Shown here: positions 26,212 to 28,718 of the stretch, one piece after another | Numbering within the stretch: the first letter of the stretch is position 1 | Layout: each line of letters starts with the position of its first letter | Virus record (IMG/VR): IMGVR_UViG_3300012000_000097 | Location: 1-28,718 of that record | Source of the DNA: a virus | Lineage: Duplodnaviria; Caudoviricetes | DNA length: 28,718 nt | Direction: 5' to 3' (one strand) | The notes under the pieces: model-generated | The model's input: only the letters and a program-made list of their open reading frames with translations | Told to the model about the DNA's origin: nothing | The model's database searches: none | Translations under genes and position numbers: made by a program

Positions 26212-27292
26212 TTTTTGCCTCTTTCATTGCTTGTTCACAAAACTCTAAGTTTTTAAGAAGTCTTTCCATTTCATTTGGAAGAGCCATCTTTACTGCATTC
26301 TGTGCATGAGTTATTGCTTCAGCATACTTCCCTAATCGGTAGCAAGCAATTGCAGCAAAGTCATGGGGTAGATACCCCCAAGCATCTGCTTCGCATAGAT
26401 ACTCTTGAGGACGCTCTGTGATAGCCAACGCAGCCATAGCATTTTCATAGCATTGCTCCCATTTGGAAGTGTTGTAGTAATACTTAGCCAACTCTACATA
26501 TGGCTCACGGCGCCCTGGAGCCTCTTTAATTGCCATATTAAACCAATGCTCACACTCGTCTGGGTTCATAATGCCGATATATCTCATAGATGCGGCACGC
26601 TCCATATCCCAGGTGGCGTTTGGCATACCAAGATGCTTTTTAAAATACTTTGTTGCTTCTTCATATTGACGATAGAAGTAACACTCTCGTGCATAGTAAA
26701 AAGTATTTCTGTCATCATAGGGGTCTTCATCAATAGAAAGTTTTAATAAGTCTAAATACTGGGCTCGTGACTTGGTGTTATCAGCGTGATGCTCCATCAC
26801 AGCGTTTGTGTGATATTGAATTTCTTGAATGCGGTCAGGCACTAAAATCTCGTGAACAGGGTTTTTCCAACGATACCCATGTCGAGCATGAAACTTATCG
26901 CCTTTAAAAGTAGTTCCAGGAGTTCCATCTTCATTAAAGTTCCACACATAGTCATAGCGTGGTCGTGTGGCATGATTATCAAAGGCTTTTTGTAGTTCAT
27001 CTTTCCAACCAGGCAACATAATCTCATCCATATCTAATGGAAGACAGTAGTCAATATCTGTAGGGACAAAAGCCAATGACGCGTTTCTGCCTACATCAAA
27101 ACGCCAAGGCTTCACACAAATGGATACAACGTTGATTCCAAGAGACTTAGCAATCTCGATTGTGCGGTCAGTAGAGCCTGTGTCAGCAATTAGCAGATAG
27201 TCAGCATCATCTTTTACTGAGTTATACCAGCGTTCAACGTGTTTCTCTTCGTTAAGAGCAATTGTATATACAGCAACTTTTACTTTAGCCAT
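26204..27292 (-). CDS. GT2-family glycosyltransferase with C-terminal TPR repeats
   Basis: Motifs IALNEE, DTGSTD, F...RN.SL, LDMDE and W..PVHE, followed by TPR-like helices (FYYARE, EPYVELA). Confidence 0.88.
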   Translation of the reverse strand: MAKVKVAVYTIALNEEKHVERWYNSVKDDADYLLIADTGSTDRTIEIAKSLGINVVSICVKPWRFDVGRNASLAFVPTDIDYCLPLDMDEIMLPGWKDELQKAFDNHATRPRYDYVWNFNEDGTPGTTFKGDKFHARHGYRWKNPVHEILVPDRIQEIQYHTNAVMEHHADNTKSRAQYLDLLKLSIDEDPYDDRNTFYYARECYFYRQYEEATKYFKKHLGMPNATWDMERAASMRYIGIMNPDECEHWFNMAIKEAPGRREPYVELAKYYYNTSKWEQCYENAMAALAITERPQEYLCEADAWGYLPHDFAAIACYRLGKYAEAITHAQNAVKMALPNEMERLLKNLEFCEQAMKEAKND

Positions 27293-27306
27293 GCGGATAG
27301 TCTACC
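27293..27306 (-). promoter_or_regulatory. Putative leaderless promoter (ggTAGACT, 6 nt, ATG)
   Basis: The minus strand reads GGTAGACTATCCGC-ATG, with no SD. Confidence 0.55.
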
Positions 27307-27317
27307 TTAAACAAAGC

Positions 27318-27347
27318 AAAAACCCCGCACCAAAAGGTACGGGGTTT
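27318..27347 (-). terminator. Intrinsic terminator of the minus-strand fibre operon
   Basis: The minus strand reads AAACCCCGTACC-TTTT-GGTGCGGGGTTTTT, a GC-rich stem (one G-U pair) followed by a U-tract. Confidence 0.85.
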
Positions 27348-27361
27348 AGGCTATTTAATAA

Positions 27362-27748
27362 TTATGCAATATTTGCAAAACGAACGCGACCATAGATAGT
27401 GGTTCCACCATCACGGCTATAGAACTCTAGTACAGAACGACCAGATGTTGCTAGAGTAGGGCTTCCGCCACCATCCCAAGAAACGTTTGAGAAGTTAACT
27501 GTGTTTGAGCCGCGGTTAGCAACTTCAACCCACCAAGTATTTGCATAGTTGTCTGGCACATTTGAGAATGTGATTGTTGATGTTGCAGTCTGATTTCTTA
27601 AAACAGTCACAGGGAAGTCAATAACACTCACTGTGATTGGACCGTTAGCGCTAGCACCTGTAAGTGTTTGCAGACGTGCTGTAACACCCTGTGTGATGTA
27701 GGCATCAGTTGATGCGGTTAGCACCTGTGGTGACATTGTAATTGGCAT
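27362..27748 (-). CDS. Virion/tail-fibre-associated beta protein
   Basis: TITFSNVP...W.GG..PTL...LEF.SRDGGT is a motif common at phage fibre C-termini. RBS GGAGG. Confidence 0.6.
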   Translation of the reverse strand: MPITMSPQVLTASTDAYITQGVTARLQTLTGASANGPITVSVIDFPVTVLRNQTATSTITFSNVPDNYANTWWVEVANRGSNTVNFSNVSWDGGGSPTLATSGRSVLEFYSRDGGTTIYGRVRFANIA

Positions 27749-27751
27749 TGT

Positions 27752-28051
27752 TTATTCCTCCGCAGGTGTTGCAGTTGTAGACGACTTCTTTGTAGAAGTT
27801 GTCTTTGCAGCAGGTGCTGCTTCTTCTGCTGCTGTTGCAACTAGTTTTTCCCATACAGGAAGTCCTTTTGGCAGTTCAGGAGCAAATGTCTTTTCTTTGA
27901 AGTTATAAGTCCAGCCCACTGAAGGAGCAAATGTTGCATCAGTAATGTCTACAACTGTATACATTAATGATTCTGGACCAATTAGGTCTTCGCTTTCAGC
28001 CACAATAATGTTTTGAACTTTGCTGGCTGCAACGAGAGCAAACTTTTTCAT
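27752..28051 (-). CDS. Putative tail fibre accessory/assembly protein
   Basis: FALV...V.NIIVA...VGWTY...F..P pattern, commonly seen downstream of glycine-rich fibre genes. RBS AGGAGG. Confidence 0.55.
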   Translation of the reverse strand: MKKFALVAASKVQNIIVAESEDLIGPESLMYTVVDITDATFAPSVGWTYNFKEKTFAPELPKGLPVWEKLVATAAEEAAPAAKTTSTKKSSTTATPAEE

Positions 28052-28071
28052 AAGTTATATCCTCCTATACC

Positions 28072-28716
28072 TTACGCTGTGAACTTCTCAGTGTAACGAA
28101 TGATAACAGTACCATCAGCACCATTTCCACCGTTAGCAACGTATGGGTAGTACTGAAGACCGTTGAAGTCAATATCGCAGACGTCACCAGCAGACATATT
28201 CAACATTTCAACAGATATTTCAAAATATGCTGCGTTTACTGGAGCCAATGGTGGCTGCCATGTTGAGATAGTTCCTGCTACTGTATCTGTGTATGTTGCT
28301 GCAACAAGTGCTGCGTTAACAGATGGACGGTCTTCACGAATAAGTGCCTTGTTAATATCGAACCACTGAATAGTAGGACGAGCAGCCTTTGTACCCAAGT
28401 TTGGTGTTCCTGGGTTTGAACCAGTGTTCAAACGGAATGAGAAGCCCGGGAAGAACAACTGTGTACGAGGCAAGATTGGGAAATCTGTCCAAGATGTAAT
28501 TACCTTAGCGTTTCCAGCATCCTGAATTGTTGCACGAAGTGCGTTAGTACCGTATTTAGTTGAACCAGCAAGAAGTGCTGTTGTAGCGTTGTATACAGGA
28601 GCCCAGCGAGCCATATCTGTAGTTGGAGCACCTGATGCTTCATAGGGAATGAACTGTGCTGCTGAGTGTGTAGCAAGTGTCAAAGGTGAGTTAGCACCGT
28701 TTGAACCAGCACCGCC
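28072..28716 (-). CDS. Glycine-rich fibre-like virion protein with carbohydrate-binding-like insert (5'-partial)
   Basis: Frame is open to the window edge (GGAGSNGANSP...). Ends GGNGADGTVIIRY, the typical glycine-rich-domain terminus. Confidence 0.65.
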   Translation of the reverse strand, partial: GGAGSNGANSPLTLATHSAAQFIPYEASGAPTTDMARWAPVYNATTALLAGSTKYGTNALRATIQDAGNAKVITSWTDFPILPRTQLFFPGFSFRLNTGSNPGTPNLGTKAARPTIQWFDINKALIREDRPSVNAALVAATYTDTVAGTISTWQPPLAPVNAAYFEISVEMLNMSAGDVCDIDFNGLQYYPYVANGGNGADGTVIIRYTEKFTA

Positions 28717-28718
28717 AC

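Noticed and set aside
1-28718. Stop-codon reassignment, tRNA genes, integrase/att site, introns or inteins
   Set aside because: Genes are full length under code 11 using TAA, TAG and TGA. Intergenic gaps are short and show no cloverleaf. Pol and helicase are of normal size with no splicing motifs.

Overview
A 28.7-kb, roughly 40% GC segment of a tailed (siphovirus-like) bacteriophage genome. The host is probably a low-GC, possibly freshwater, actinobacterium (two WhiB genes, leaderless TANNNT promoters, a mycobacteriophage cluster-B-like capsid/tail gene order). The + strand carries the end of the major capsid gene, a second capsid-like gene, tail tube, head-tail connectors, tail assembly chaperones, tape measure, distal tail, a multidomain minor tail protein and an S74-chaperoned tail fibre. 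It continues with an AT-rich GT-A glycosyltransferase, a replication/recombination block (PolA, RuvC-like, SNF2 helicase, PD-(D/E)XK exonuclease, Sak4-like ATPase, DUF669-like SSB), a putative GT-B glycosyltransferase and small accessory genes. A convergent - strand block holds fibre-like genes, a GT2-TPR glycosyltransferase and a SAM methyltransferase. The most notable observations are: (1) apparent total absence of GATC and AGCT; (2) one ~60-aa beta module grafted 7 times onto three different tail proteins, with nested insertions and a cupredoxin-like domain lacking copper ligands; (3) three distinct glycosyltransferases plus a methyltransferase, suggesting separate DNA- and virion-glycosylation systems. 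All family assignments come from motif recognition by eye; no database search was run.
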